From: Mobula hypostoma
Taxonomy: Eukaryota
Direction of reading: 5' to 3'
Assembly (NCBI RefSeq): GCF_963921235.1
Contig: NC_086097.1
Coordinates: 132,186,001-132,250,000, forward strand
Length of the DNA: 64,000 bases
In this document: positions 1 to 10,790 of the stretch, in pieces
How positions within the stretch are numbered: the first letter of the stretch is position 1
How the letters are laid out: every line of letters starts with the position of its first letter
Position numbers and translations under genes: made by a program
The notes under the pieces: generated by a model
Seen by the model: the letters and a program-made list of their open reading frames with translations, nothing else
The model's database searches: none
What the model was told of the DNA's origin: nothing

Positions 1-1210
1 GTTTGTTGCGGCCTTGCATGTTAACATTAAGCACATTTAAGTGCTGTGTTATATCCGCCAGAAATGCAAGATCATGAGGCCAGTCTGTATCAACCAGCTC
101 TGCCACTGGCTTCCCTTTCTCGTTCATGAATAGTCCGATTTCCGCATGTAATTGAAAAAAAAACGTTTGAGCACAACCCCTCTGCTCAACCAGCGGACTT
201 CAGTGTGATAGGGTAGGCCGTGTTCAATATTACTTTCAGAAAAAAGGGTGTCAAATTGCCGATGGTTGAGTCCCTTGGTTCTAATAAAGTTAACCGTTTT
301 GATTACTACATCCATGACATTGTTCATTGTCAGGCTCCTGCTACATAGCGCCTCTTGGTGTATAATACAATGAAAATTCCAGAATTCCTGCTCTGGATTC
401 CCTTGTCTGAACTTTCTCTCTGAGTTTCGCAACAACACCTGCCTTTTCCCCGACCATGGACGGTGCGCCATCTGTTGCCACGCTGACAGCGTGACTCCAG
501 TCAACCCCCAGTCTGTCCAAGGCCTCGATGAGGCTGGAGAAAACGTCGTTCGCTGTGGTGGTGTTTGTCATGGGCACCATCTCCACAAACTCCTCGGTGA
601 CGGTCAAAGATGCATCAACGCCATGAATAAATATTCCCAAATGAGCTACATCAGTCATGTCGGTGCTCTCATCAATTGCAATAGAGAAGGCATTAAATGA
701 CTTTTCCTTGTCTTTTAGTTGACTGTTCAAATCTCCTGCAAGATCCCCGATTCTCTCTGCCGCAGTATTTCTTGACAAGCTGATATTACCAAAAGCCTGT
801 CTCTTCTCAGGGCACACCAGCTCAGCCACCATCAGCATGCATGCTTTGATGAATTCCCCCTCTGAGTATGGCTTCGACGCAGCAGCTATTTTGTTGGCAA
901 TAGTATAGCTGGCCTTGACAGCTCCATCATGAGTCTCTCGACTTTTGGTGAAAACTGATGGCTGTTTTTTCAGAGCTGCTTCAAGCTCGTTTACCTTTTG
1001 CGTTCTGAATCGTCCTGCATACTTGTCATATTTTTCTCTGTGTGACATCTCATAGTGTTGTTTGATATTGTACTCTTTTGCCACAGCCACATGTTGCGAG
1101 CATATCAGACATACAGGTTTGCCGTTGACCTCACAGAAGAGAAAACGATCTTTCCAATTATCGTTGAATATCCGACCTTTGATGTCAACTTTTCTATTCG
1201 TGGAAAACAT
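1..1210 (-). pseudogene. Frameshifted hAT transposase
   Basis: ORF 341..1228 (ATG at 1210): BED-type finger CLIC...HYEMSH, catalytic motifs AIDESTD and ATDGAPSM; frameshift near 405 into ORF 124..504 with HCIIHQEALC (CxxH) and EVRWLSRG; second frameshift in the A-run near 155-163, then ...[13 protein letters not shown] to the window edge. Confidence 0.9.
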
Positions 1211-1531
1211 TTTGAACCACAGCAGCAAACAGACTCAGCCTTGCTACAGGTGTTACTTACCTGAGTACTCTGTGTGTTTATACTGTGTCTGATGACGTAA
1301 GTGGGGCCCTAGTGGTCTTCAGTGCGGGGTGGTAGGTGCTTATGCACAGCGGGTGGTGAACTGCACCCTATTGTTTTCTAAGTACACACAACAAGCTGCC
1401 GGCACAGCAGGCAGCACACACAGCAGAGGGAGGGAGAGAGTGCAGCTGCCGTACAGATACATAATAAATGGTCGTGAATATACTTTTTTTTTCCCAAATC
1501 ATCCGCGCGGGCCAATAGTTTGACACCCCTG
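1..1531 (-). mobile_element. hAT DNA transposon (SPIN/Buster/Charlie-like, GTF2IRD2-like transposase), 5' part; continues beyond window start
   Basis: Terminal sequence CAGGGGTGTCAAAC on the minus strand beginning at 1531; flanking 8-mer GTTTAAAG (1532-1539) has the central TA typical of this group's target sites; transposase motifs downstream. Confidence 0.9.
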
Positions 1532-1800
1532 GTTTAAAGCCACACTTAACCATTCTACTGACTGCTATTTTCCCTACCAACTGCCCGTCCTTCCTTACAG
1601 TCTCATTACACATTGCATCTCCTTCTGTACCAACTGTTCCATCCTCAGCCCTATCACTCTGGTTCCTATCCCCCCGCCAAATTAGTTTAAACCCTCTCCA
1701 ACAGCTCTATCAAATCTGCCTGCAAGGATATTGGTCCTCCTTGAGTTTAAGGTGGGCCGAAGGGCTTGTTTCTATGCTGTATTAATCTATGACTCTACAG
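1532..1800 (-). mobile_element. CR1 fragment (ORF1 end and ORF1/ORF2 junction) abutting the hAT terminus, followed by a short plus-strand CR1 tail
   Basis: Reverse complement of 1655-1750 resembles 4490-4580 of the large CR1 (GGACCAATATCCTT...TTTAAACTA...GGAACCAGAGTG). Confidence 0.7.
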
Positions 1801-2621
1801 CATAGGATAGAACTCAAGCATAAACTAATAGAGTTATATGAGTCTACAGTATGTCGACCTTTTTAACTTTCAGAAAATACATTTTACTTGTTTTGGAACT
1901 TATCCTACTAAGCAATGTCAATCAATTTTCTATTACAATATATCTCAAACCTATTGATTGAATCTGATTGCACAACTTCTTTCAGTAGTAGGTTCCAGCT
2001 AACAACTGCTTCATATTTTAAAAAATTCCTCCCTTTAAAACCCCTCCTTTCCCCCTAAGCTTATTTCCTCTTATTTTTCATATCCTCACCAAGGTAAAAT
2101 CTATCTACTCTATCTATGCCTATCATAATTTTATATACTTTTACTGGGTCAGTTCCCTGCTTCCTTCCCTCTAGGGGAAATAAGCCCAGCCTATTTAATC
2201 TTTCTCCATAACTGAAGTCTTTGAATTCATGTGAATCTCTTCTGCATACTCTCCAGCACAGCCAAATCCTTCCATTGTGTCAACAGAACTATACACAACA
2301 GAAGGATAGTTTCTATCCTGCTGTTATATGACTATTAAGTGGTTCCTTAGTACAATAAATTGAACTCTTGATCTTACAATCTAGCTTGTTATGATCTTGC
2401 ACCTTATTGTTTACCTGCACTGCATTTTCTCCATAGCAGTTACACTTTATTCTGCATTATTTTTGTTTTACCTTGATCTATTTCAATACATGTTGTAACA
2501 ATCTGATCTGTATGAATGAGATGCAAGACATGAAGACAAGCCCAACTTCTCCCAATAACCCGGACTTTTGAGTATTGCTAGTGATTGAAGTCACTGAGAA
2601 TTCTGCAACACTGATAAAGGG

Positions 2622-2716
2622 GAGAGAGAGAGAGAGAGAGAGGGAGGGAGAGAGAGAGAGAGAGAGAGGGAGGGAGAGAGAGAGAGAGAGAGAGGGAGGG
2701 AGAGAGAGAGAGAGAG
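2622..2716 (+). repeat. (GA)n/(GGGA) microsatellite
   Basis: Direct reading; it explains the low-complexity ORFs at 2478-2913. Confidence 0.97.
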
Positions 2717-4069
2717 CGCGCAGATTGCCATGGGAACTGGGTACGTTTGAAGAGAACAAAGGCTTTACATGAAAGACAGAAGGATAAGAGAAAGATTCCA
2801 AAGACTCTAGAGATGGGACTTGGCAGTAAGTGAGAGACCAAAATTGATGTAGTTTGGGGTTGGGACCTCATTAAAATGTGACTGAAGAGCTTTAATGGAG
2901 GGACAATTGGCACTGCCCGTGTGCCAACATTCTGCCAGGATTAGGATGTTGATTGATGATAGGTCCATGGACCTTGTCTGCAAAGGAGGAGATATCCTGT
3001 AGTGCAATAAACTGGCTGCTTCTGATCCATCAGTGGGCCCTGGAAAAAATGTGAAGAAAATGAAAAAGGAACAAATTGCGTTTCTGTATCGAAGATGATT
3101 TAACATTAACAAAAAAATGTCAGTATTCCCATTTATGATGCAGGGAATGTGGCAGCCAATATGCACTGGAAGATCCCAGATTATCTGCTTTTGTGTTGTT
3201 TGTAGAGGGAATAGCTGTTGGTCAGGATTCTCACTGCTCTTCCTCGAAATAGTTCTGTGGGACTTCTTACGCCTCTCTTGTATCATATTGTCTTGGGGAA
3301 CTGAACTGATAATGAACGTAGTGAGTGAATAGTTCATCAGGTAAAGACTGCAGCTTGGGCCATGGTGGGAGCAATGATCAAGTACTGTAAGGGAGAGTGC
3401 TGCTCGAAGATAAACGTGCACCAGAAATAAGAATTGGTGAGAGAGAGAGTGCTTATACTAGTTGAAGAATATGTGAGGTCTCAGTTTATGGCCAGCATTC
3501 AAATTGTGCAATTGCTGGAAAAAAATTGTCTGAACAGAACATAGAACGTAGAACACCAAACATAGAACATCGAAGCTAGAATAGTACAGTACAGGAACAA
3601 TCTTACAGCCCATGGTCCTGTGCCAAACTAGTAACTAAATGACTAATTAAACCAGTCCCTTCTCCCTACACAATGTCCATATTTCTTCATTCTCTGCACA
3701 TTCAAGACATATTGAAGAAAGTCCATAATGAAGATAACTATTTTCAAAGTTTGTTTATTGAAGGAGGACATTAGTAACAAGGGAGCACTTGCTTCATATT
3801 GTTTGGCTATCTAGCTTATTTCAGAAAACTCTTGTGAGTTTGGAGTCACGTATCTTTATAGGTCCAGTCCGTCTGGTCCAGTCCTGTGGGACACAGAGTG
3901 GCAACCAAGTCCTATGTAGGGTCTGCACACTCTGTCAGAGATGGGTGATGATCACCAACAGATTGCTTGGACTGTTGTAGGCACCTTCTGTGGATTACAG
4001 CTCTAAATCTTCCCCAGTTGGAGAAATGCTTGGCCAACAGTGTTTCATTTCTTGGGTAGTTCAAGCACA

Positions 4070-4549
4070 TTTGGTGCAGATAGAAGGTTCTGTGGTCGTG
4101 ACAGAAAATCCAGGGTGGTTTGTTGCCTCCCAGGTGCCAGGGTCAAGGATGTCTCTGATCGATTGCATGACATTCTGAAGTGGAAGGGTGACCAGCCAGA
4201 TGTTGTGGTGCACATCGGTACCAACGACATAGCAAGGAAGAGTGAGGAGGTCCTGGACAGTGAGTATAGAGAGCTTGGTAAGAAGTTGAAAAGCAGGACC
4301 TCAAGAGTGGTAATCTCAGGATTGCTACCTGTGCTAGGTGCCAGTGAGGGTAGGAATAGGATGCTCTGGAGGAGGAACAAGTGGCTGAGGAACTGGTGTA
4401 GGGGGCAGGGTTTCAGATTTCAGGATCATTGGAACCTCTTCTGGGGCAGGTGGGACCTGTACAAGAGAGACGGGTTACACTTGAACCACAAGGGGACCAA
4501 TATCCTTTCAGGGAGGTTTGTTAGTGCTGTTGGGGAGGCTTTAAACTAG
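4070..4549 (+). pseudogene. CR1 ORF1 C-terminal SGNH esterase domain (block I GDS lost by truncation)
   Basis: CLPGA (block II), VVVHIGTND (block III), RDGLHL (DxxH, block V). Confidence 0.85.
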
Positions 4550-4590
4550 ACTTCCAGGGGGATGGGAACCAGAGTGTCAGAGCTGACAGT

Positions 4591-7476
4591 GTGGCTGGGG
4601 TGAAAATAAATGATATTGAAAGTTTAAGCAAATCCGCTGATAGAAAGGTTGTGAGTGGTGGTAAAAATCATCTGAGGTGTATATATTTCAATGCTAGGAG
4701 TATTGCGGGGAAGGCAGATGAATTGAGGGCGTGGATTGACACGTGGAATTATGATGTTATAGCAATTAGTGAAACTTGCCCACAGGAGGGGCAGGACTGG
4801 CAGCTTAATATTCCAGGGTTCCGATGTTTCAGATGTGATCGAGGCAGAGGAATGAAAGGTGGGGGAGTAGCATTGCTTGTTAGGGAAAATATTACAGCAG
4901 TGCTCAGGCAGGACAGATTAGAGGGCTTGTCTACTAAGTCCTTATGGGTGGAGCTGAGAAACAGGAAAGGTATGGCCACATTAGTGGGATTATATTACAG
5001 ACCACCCAATAGTCAATGAGACTTGGAAGAGCAAATCTGCAGAGAGATAGCAGGCAACTGCAGGAAACATAAAGTTGTGGTGGTAGGGGATTTTAATTTT
5101 CCATACATTGATTGGGACTCCCATACTGTTAGGGGTCTAGATGGTTTAGAGTTTGTAAAATGTGTTCAGGAAAGTTTTCTAAATCAATATATAGAGGGAC
5201 CAACTAGAGGGGATGCAATATTGAATCTCCTGTTAGGAAATGAATTAGGGCAAGTAACAGAAGTCTGTGTAGGGGAGCACTTTGGTTCCAGTGATCATAA
5301 CACCATTAGTTTCAATTTGATCATGGACAAGGATAGATCTGGTCCTAGGGTTGAGGTTCTGAACTGGAAGAAGGCCAAATTTGAAGAAATGAGAAAGGAT
5401 CTAAAAAGCGTGGATTGGGACAGGTTGTTCTCTGGCAAAGAAGTGATTGGTAGGTGGGAAGCCTTCAAAGGAGAAATTTTGAGAGTGCAGAGTTTGTATG
5501 TTCCTGTCAGGATTAAAGGCAAATTGAATAGGAATAAGGAACCTTGGTTCTCAAGGGATATTGCAACTCTGATAAAGAAGAAGAGGGAGTTGTATGAAAT
5601 GTATAGGAAACAGGGGGTAAATCAGGTGTTTGAGGAGTATAAGAAGTGCAAGAAATACTTAAGAAAGAAATCAGGAGGGCAAAAAGAAGACATGAGGTTG
5701 CCTTGGCAGTCAAAGTGAAGGATAATCCAAAGAGCTTTTACAAGTATATTAAGAGCAAAAGGATTGTAAGGGATAAAATTGGTCCTCTTGAAGATCAGAG
5801 TGGTCGGCTTTGTGCGGAACCAAAGGAAATGAGGGAGATCTGAAATAGGTTTTTTGCATCTGTATTTACTAAGGAAGCTGGCATGAAATCTATGGAATTG
5901 ACGGAATCAAGTAATGAGACCATGGAAACTGTACAGATTGAAAAGGAGGAGGTGCTTGCTGTCTTGAGGAAAATTAAAGTGGATAAATCCCCAGGACCTG
6001 ACAGAGTGTTCCCTCGGACCTTGAAGGAGACTAGTGTTGAAATTGCGGGGGCCCTGGCAGAAGTATTTAAAATGTCGCTGTCTACGGGTGAAGTGCCGGA
6101 GGATTGGAGAGTGGCTCATGTTGTTCCGTTGTTTAAAAAAGGATCGAAAAGTAATCCGGGAAATTATAGGCCGGTGAGTTTAACGTCAGTAGTAGGTAAG
6201 TTATTGGAGGGAGTACTGAGAGACAGAATCTACAAGCATTTGGATAGACAGGGGCTTATTAGGAAGAGTCAACATGGCTTTGTGCGTGGTAGGTCATGTT
6301 TGATCAATCTGCTGGAGTTTTTCGAGGAGGTTACCAGGAAAGTGGATGAAGGGAAGGCAGTGGATATTGTCTACATAGACTTCAGTAAGGCCTTTGACAA
6401 GGTCCCGCATGGGAGGTTAGTTAGGAAAATTCAGTTGCTAGGTATACATGGAGAGGTGGTAAATTGGATTAGACATTGGCTCGACGGAAGAAGCCAAAGA
6501 GTGGTAGTAGAGAATTGCTTCTCCGAGTGGAGGCCTGTGACTAGTGGTGTGCCACAGGGATCAGTGCTGGGTCCATTGTTATTTGTCATCTATATCAATG
6601 ATCTGGATGATAATGTGGTAAATTGGATCAGCAAGTTTGCTGATGATACAAAGATTGGAGGTGTAGTAGACAGTGAGGAAGGTTTTCAGAGCCTGCAGAG
6701 GGACTTGGACCAGCTGGAAAAATGGGCTGAAAAATGGCAGATGGAGTTTAATACTGACAAGTGTGAGGTATTGCACGTTGGAAGGACAGACCAACGTAGA
6801 ACATACAGGGTTAATGGTAAGGCACTGAGGAGTGCAGTGGAACAGAGGGATCTGGGAATACAGATACAAAATTCCCTAAAAGTGGCGTCACAGGTAGATA
6901 GGGTCGTAAAGAGAGCTTTTGGTACATTGGCCTTTATTAATCAAAGTATTGAGTGTAAGAGCTGGAATGTTATGATGAGGTTGTATAAGGCATTGATGAG
7001 GCCGAATCTGGAGTATTGTGTTCAGTTTTGGTCACCAAATTACAAGAAGGATATAAATAAGGTTGAAAGAGTGCAGAGAAGGTTTACAAGGATGTTGCCA
7101 GGACTTGAGAAACAGTTACAGAGAAAGGTTGAATAGGTTAGGACTTTATTCCCTGGAGCGTAGAAGAATGAGGGGAGATTTGATAGAGGTATATAAAATT
7201 ATGATGGATATTGATAGAATGAATGCAAGCAGGCTTTTTCCACTGAGGCAAGGGGAGAAAAAAACCAGAGGACATGGGTTAAGGGTGAGGGGGGAAAAGT
7301 TTAAAGGGAACATTAGGGGGGGCTTCTTCACACAGAGAGTGGTGGGAGTATGGAATGAGCTGCCAAACGAGGTGGTAAATGCGGGTTCTTTTTTAACATT
7401 TAAGAATAAATTGGACAGATACATGGATGGGAGGTGTATGGAGGGATATGGTCCGTGTGCAGGTCAGTGGGACTAG
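4591..7476 (+). pseudogene. CR1 ORF2 (AP endonuclease-reverse transcriptase), disrupted
   Basis: YFNARS, ISET, GGGVAL, YYRPP, VGDFN, SDHN (APE); KSPGPD, NYRPVSLTS, DFSKAFD, GVPQGSVLGP, FADD (RT). In-frame stops at 5017-5019 and 5841-5843; frameshifts near 5650 and 7112. Confidence 0.95.
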
Positions 7477-8617
7477 GCAGAAAATGGTTCGGCACAGCCA
7501 AGAAGGGCCAAAAGACCTGTTTCTGTGCTGTAGTTTCTATGGTTCTATGGTTCTATTTCAGTATTTACTTATGATGAGTCAGACAGAGCATATTTGGCCT
7601 ATTAGATCCAAGCTGGCTTCTACCAGTCCAACCTCATCAGTACTCTTCTCCCTGGTCCAGCTCTCACACACTCACCAGCTACCCATCCACTCTTTTGTCA
7701 CTTATCTCTTCGGAGAGTAAATTATAGTAGCTACTTAACCTTGGGATGTGGGAGAAAACTGGAATACCTGGACAAAATCCACCTGATCATAGGGAAACTA
7801 TGAAGATTTCACAAGGACATCACCAGAGGTCAGGATTGAACTTGAGCTGTTGGAACTGTGAGCAGGATGCAATTTTTTTTTTTCAAAAGAGCTCTGAAAA
7901 CATCATTGAAGAAAGCTTTTGCCATGATGGAGCTTGAAGGTGAATCCTATTTTGGGAGTCTGGAGTCAGACGGTTAGACATTTTAGCCCAACTATCAGAG
8001 GTGATTGACTGTGATCAGAGTTTCATTGCTGGAAATTTTGACCTGGGAGAGGAAAATGATATTGGTTTGTTTATCTTCTATTTGGAGCAAGTACTGGTGG
8101 CTTTGTCACATAATATAGACCAATATTGGCAGAATTTTTTCTTTTAAAGGAGTAACATAAACTATGTTTGTTCTACATTACAGTATTATTATGATCACCA
8201 TTACGGATTTAATAATGGAATTTGATGTCATTAGCTTCCCTTGTGGAATTAAATGAATACTTCCAAATCAACAATTGTTTTCCCTGAATTATGAGTCTAG
8301 TAACATAACCCAAACATGACCTATCACTGTGATGCAGTGTGCTTGTAATAAGACTGCCTCTAATACTCTTGAGTTAAGTAACATACAGGGTGTGGAGAGG
8401 AATGCACAGGAGCTCGAGAAGGTGTGTCTGATTTACTTGAAGTTCTAATGAATATGTCCACATGTTCACAATAACACACAACCACATGGGATCAAGAAAC
8501 ATACTTTGCTGAAAGTGGCAACACAGGTACACATGGTGGTGATAAAGGTGTTTCGCCTGCTTGCCTTCATTGGTCAGGACACTGAGTACAGTATTTGAGG
8601 CATTATATCACAGCTTT

Positions 8618-9181
8618 TGGGGTGTCTGGGGTGTCAGGGAGGGGTAGCACCTCTGGTGGGGGAACATGTCACGTCCTTTTTAGGGCGGTTAGTCCACCTT
8701 TGGTCCCCACCTGGCACTCAGCTCTCACCTGTGGCTCCCTGTAGCTGTTTGCATATGACAGCGGCCACACCCCGAGCAACGGCTTCGACAAGCCGGCTAA
8801 ACCAGGTGAGGGTAGCCGACGGGTCTCAAACCCTTGGTGTGATAGGGAGTTGTCTATCCCAGCATGTGAAGCCAGACTCTGGCGGATTGAGCGGACGAGA
8901 CCAATGGAAGGTCCAATGGTCAACAAGGCAGTCTCTGCAAGTGTCGTGGAACATGTAGAGCAGGACAAGACACAGAAGACATCCTGGTCATCCACTGCGC
9001 CTAGTCCCATCTCCAGCCATCTAGACTCTGTCTTGCCACTGGATCCAGACGGGAATTGGGAAGAGAGAGTGAGGCTGACACTGCGCAACTCTCCCTCACT
9101 TAAATCCAAATCACGTGCTAGTCTCGACACCATCATAATGGTTTCGAGGTCCTCACTGACCTCAACGATGGACAAACAACC
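8618..9181 (+). mobile_element. Non-autonomous non-LTR retroelement, 564 bp, with a ribozyme-like 5' end
   Basis: Perfect 13-bp TSD ATATCACAGCTTT at 8605-8617 and 9182-9194; CpG-rich relative to flanks; no recognisable protein; related to 54431-54867. Confidence 0.85.
8619..8812 (+). ncRNA. Candidate HDV-like self-cleaving ribozyme
   Basis: P1 GGGGTGT (8619-25 or 8628-34)/ACACCCC (8767-73); P2 CTCACCTG (8724-31)/CAGGTGAG (8803-10); P3 GGC (8733-35)/GCC (8764-66); L3 starts TCCCTG; GAGCAA (8774-79) versus HDV GGGCAA; P4 CGGCTT/AAGCCG; J4/2 GCTAA with putative catalytic C8797. Confidence 0.75.
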
Positions 9182-10369
9182 ATATCACAGCTTTAAAATT
9201 TGCTGCTGAGGTCACACCTGGAGCATTGTGCACAATTCTGGTCATCCAGCTATAGAAAGTATATCATTACACTGAAAAGTATGCACAAATGCCTCTACTT
9301 CCTTAAGAGTGTGTGAAGATTCGGCATGACATCCAAAACCTTGACAAACTTCTATAGATGGGGTGAGTATATTGAGTTTTTCATACAGAGAATGGTGAGT
9401 ATGTGGAACGAGCTGCCAGAAGAAGTGGTAGAACTCAGTACAATTAAAACATTTTAAAGACATTTGGACAGGTAAATGTATAGGAAGGGCTGACAGGGGA
9501 TATGGGCAACATGCAGACAAATGGGACTGGCTTAGGTAGGCAATTTGGTCACATTGGATGAGTTGGTTTAAAGGGCCTGTTTCCATGATACATTACTTGT
9601 TGAATCCATGTTAGTGGAGGGCAGTCATACTGTAGTTAAAGATTGACCATGTTTTATTGAACGGTGATACAAGTGTGACGGGTGGAATGGCACACCTCTA
9701 GTTCTGTTTCAAACATTTTGTTGTGAAGCATTCTTAATGGGATGTTGGATGTGTGGAATGCACTGCCAGCAACAGTGATAGAGACGAATACAGTAGGGTC
9801 TTTTAAGAGAATCTTAGGTAGGTACATGAAGCTTAGGAAAATAGAGGGCTATGCGGTAGGCAGATTCTAGAGTAGATTACATGGTCAGCACAGGATTGTG
9901 GGCTGGAGGGCTTGTAATGTGCTGTAGATTTCAATGTTCTATGTTGACCTTATTTACATATATTGCACTACCTGGGCCAAGGAATCAAGATTTGGAACTT
10001 GGGTCTCTATCACGAGAGCAATCAAACCCTGTGAGAAAGATTAGGTTCCTCCAGAGCCTTTGTAGAGGGTTCTGAAGTGAGTAGAATTTGTAGCTTAGTC
10101 TCTCATTCAAACCAACCTTCCCTCCATTGATTCCAACTACCCTTCTTGCTGCTTGGAGAAAGCAGCTGACATCATCAGGACCCCTCCTATTCCACTCATT
10201 CTCTCTTCATTCCTTTCCTGCCAGGCAGAAGATACAAAAGCTTGGGAGTATTTGCTACCAAACTCGAGAATGGTTTCTAATCCACTATTAGCAGACTCTC
10301 AAAGGGCACTGCCATATGGTAAAAGTTGAACTCTTGATCTCCCAATCTACCTCATCAATGTCCAGCATC

Positions 10370-10790
10370 TCAGCTCCGTCCACCAAAAAGCAGGGTTTTC
10401 CACTTCGATTCCTGTCCCCAGTCTCGTCCCGACATGTCGGTCCATGGCCTCCTCTGCTGCCACAATGAGGCCACTCTCAGGCTGGAGGAGCAACTCCTGA
10501 TATTTCATCTGGGTAGCCCCCAACCTGCTGGCACGAACCCTGATTTCTCCATCTTCCAGTACTTTTCGTCCTTCCCCTTCCTGCTCCTTCATTTCCCCAC
10601 TCTGGCCTGTTACATCTTCCCCTGACTGGCCTATCTCCTCCTCCTAGTGCCCCCTCCTTCCTCCCTTTCTTCCATGATCCACTCCTCTCCATACCTTGAC
10701 CTTTGCTACCCACCCTGGCTTCATCTTTCGCCTTCTAGCTACCCTCCTTCCCCTACCCCCCATCTTTTTATTCCGGCATCTTCCCCTCGC
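10370..10790 (+). mobile_element. Penelope-like element relic (GIY-YIG endonuclease C-terminus plus pyrimidine-rich 3' region), nested in a Rex1-like 3' fragment
   Basis: ORF 10434..10625 ...LRLEEQLLIFHLGSPQPAGTNPDFS resembles the PLE GIY-YIG C-terminal motif (E..LI..LG...P.G.N). Confidence 0.7.

Larger units (their letters stand above)
4070..7555 (+). mobile_element. CR1-clade LINE, 5'-truncated, near full length
   Basis: ORF1 remnant, ORF2 (APE endonuclease plus RT), 3' UTR and terminal (TTCTATGG)n-like tail at about 7534-7555. Confidence 0.95.
8480..9600 (+). mobile_element. Old CR1 3' fragment hosting nested insertions (8618-9181 and a Rex1-like piece at about 9285-9375)
   Basis: Similarity to 6880-7550 (AAAGTGGCAACACAGGTA..., CAGAGAATGGTGAGTATGTGGAACGAGCTGCC). 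Confidence 0.75.

Noticed and set aside
2478..2913. ORFs rich in RE or SL repeats
   Set aside because: Artefacts of the (GA)n microsatellite.
2807..3421. 204-aa minus-strand ORF with a strong polypyrimidine/CAG acceptor at 3040
   Set aside because: No recognisable protein in any frame and no linked exons; cannot be supported as a host exon without RNA-seq.
8669..9209. Overlapping ORFs of 113-168 aa in the ribozyme-headed element
   Set aside because: No recognisable domains and not conserved in the related copy at 54431; consistent with GC-rich non-coding sequence.
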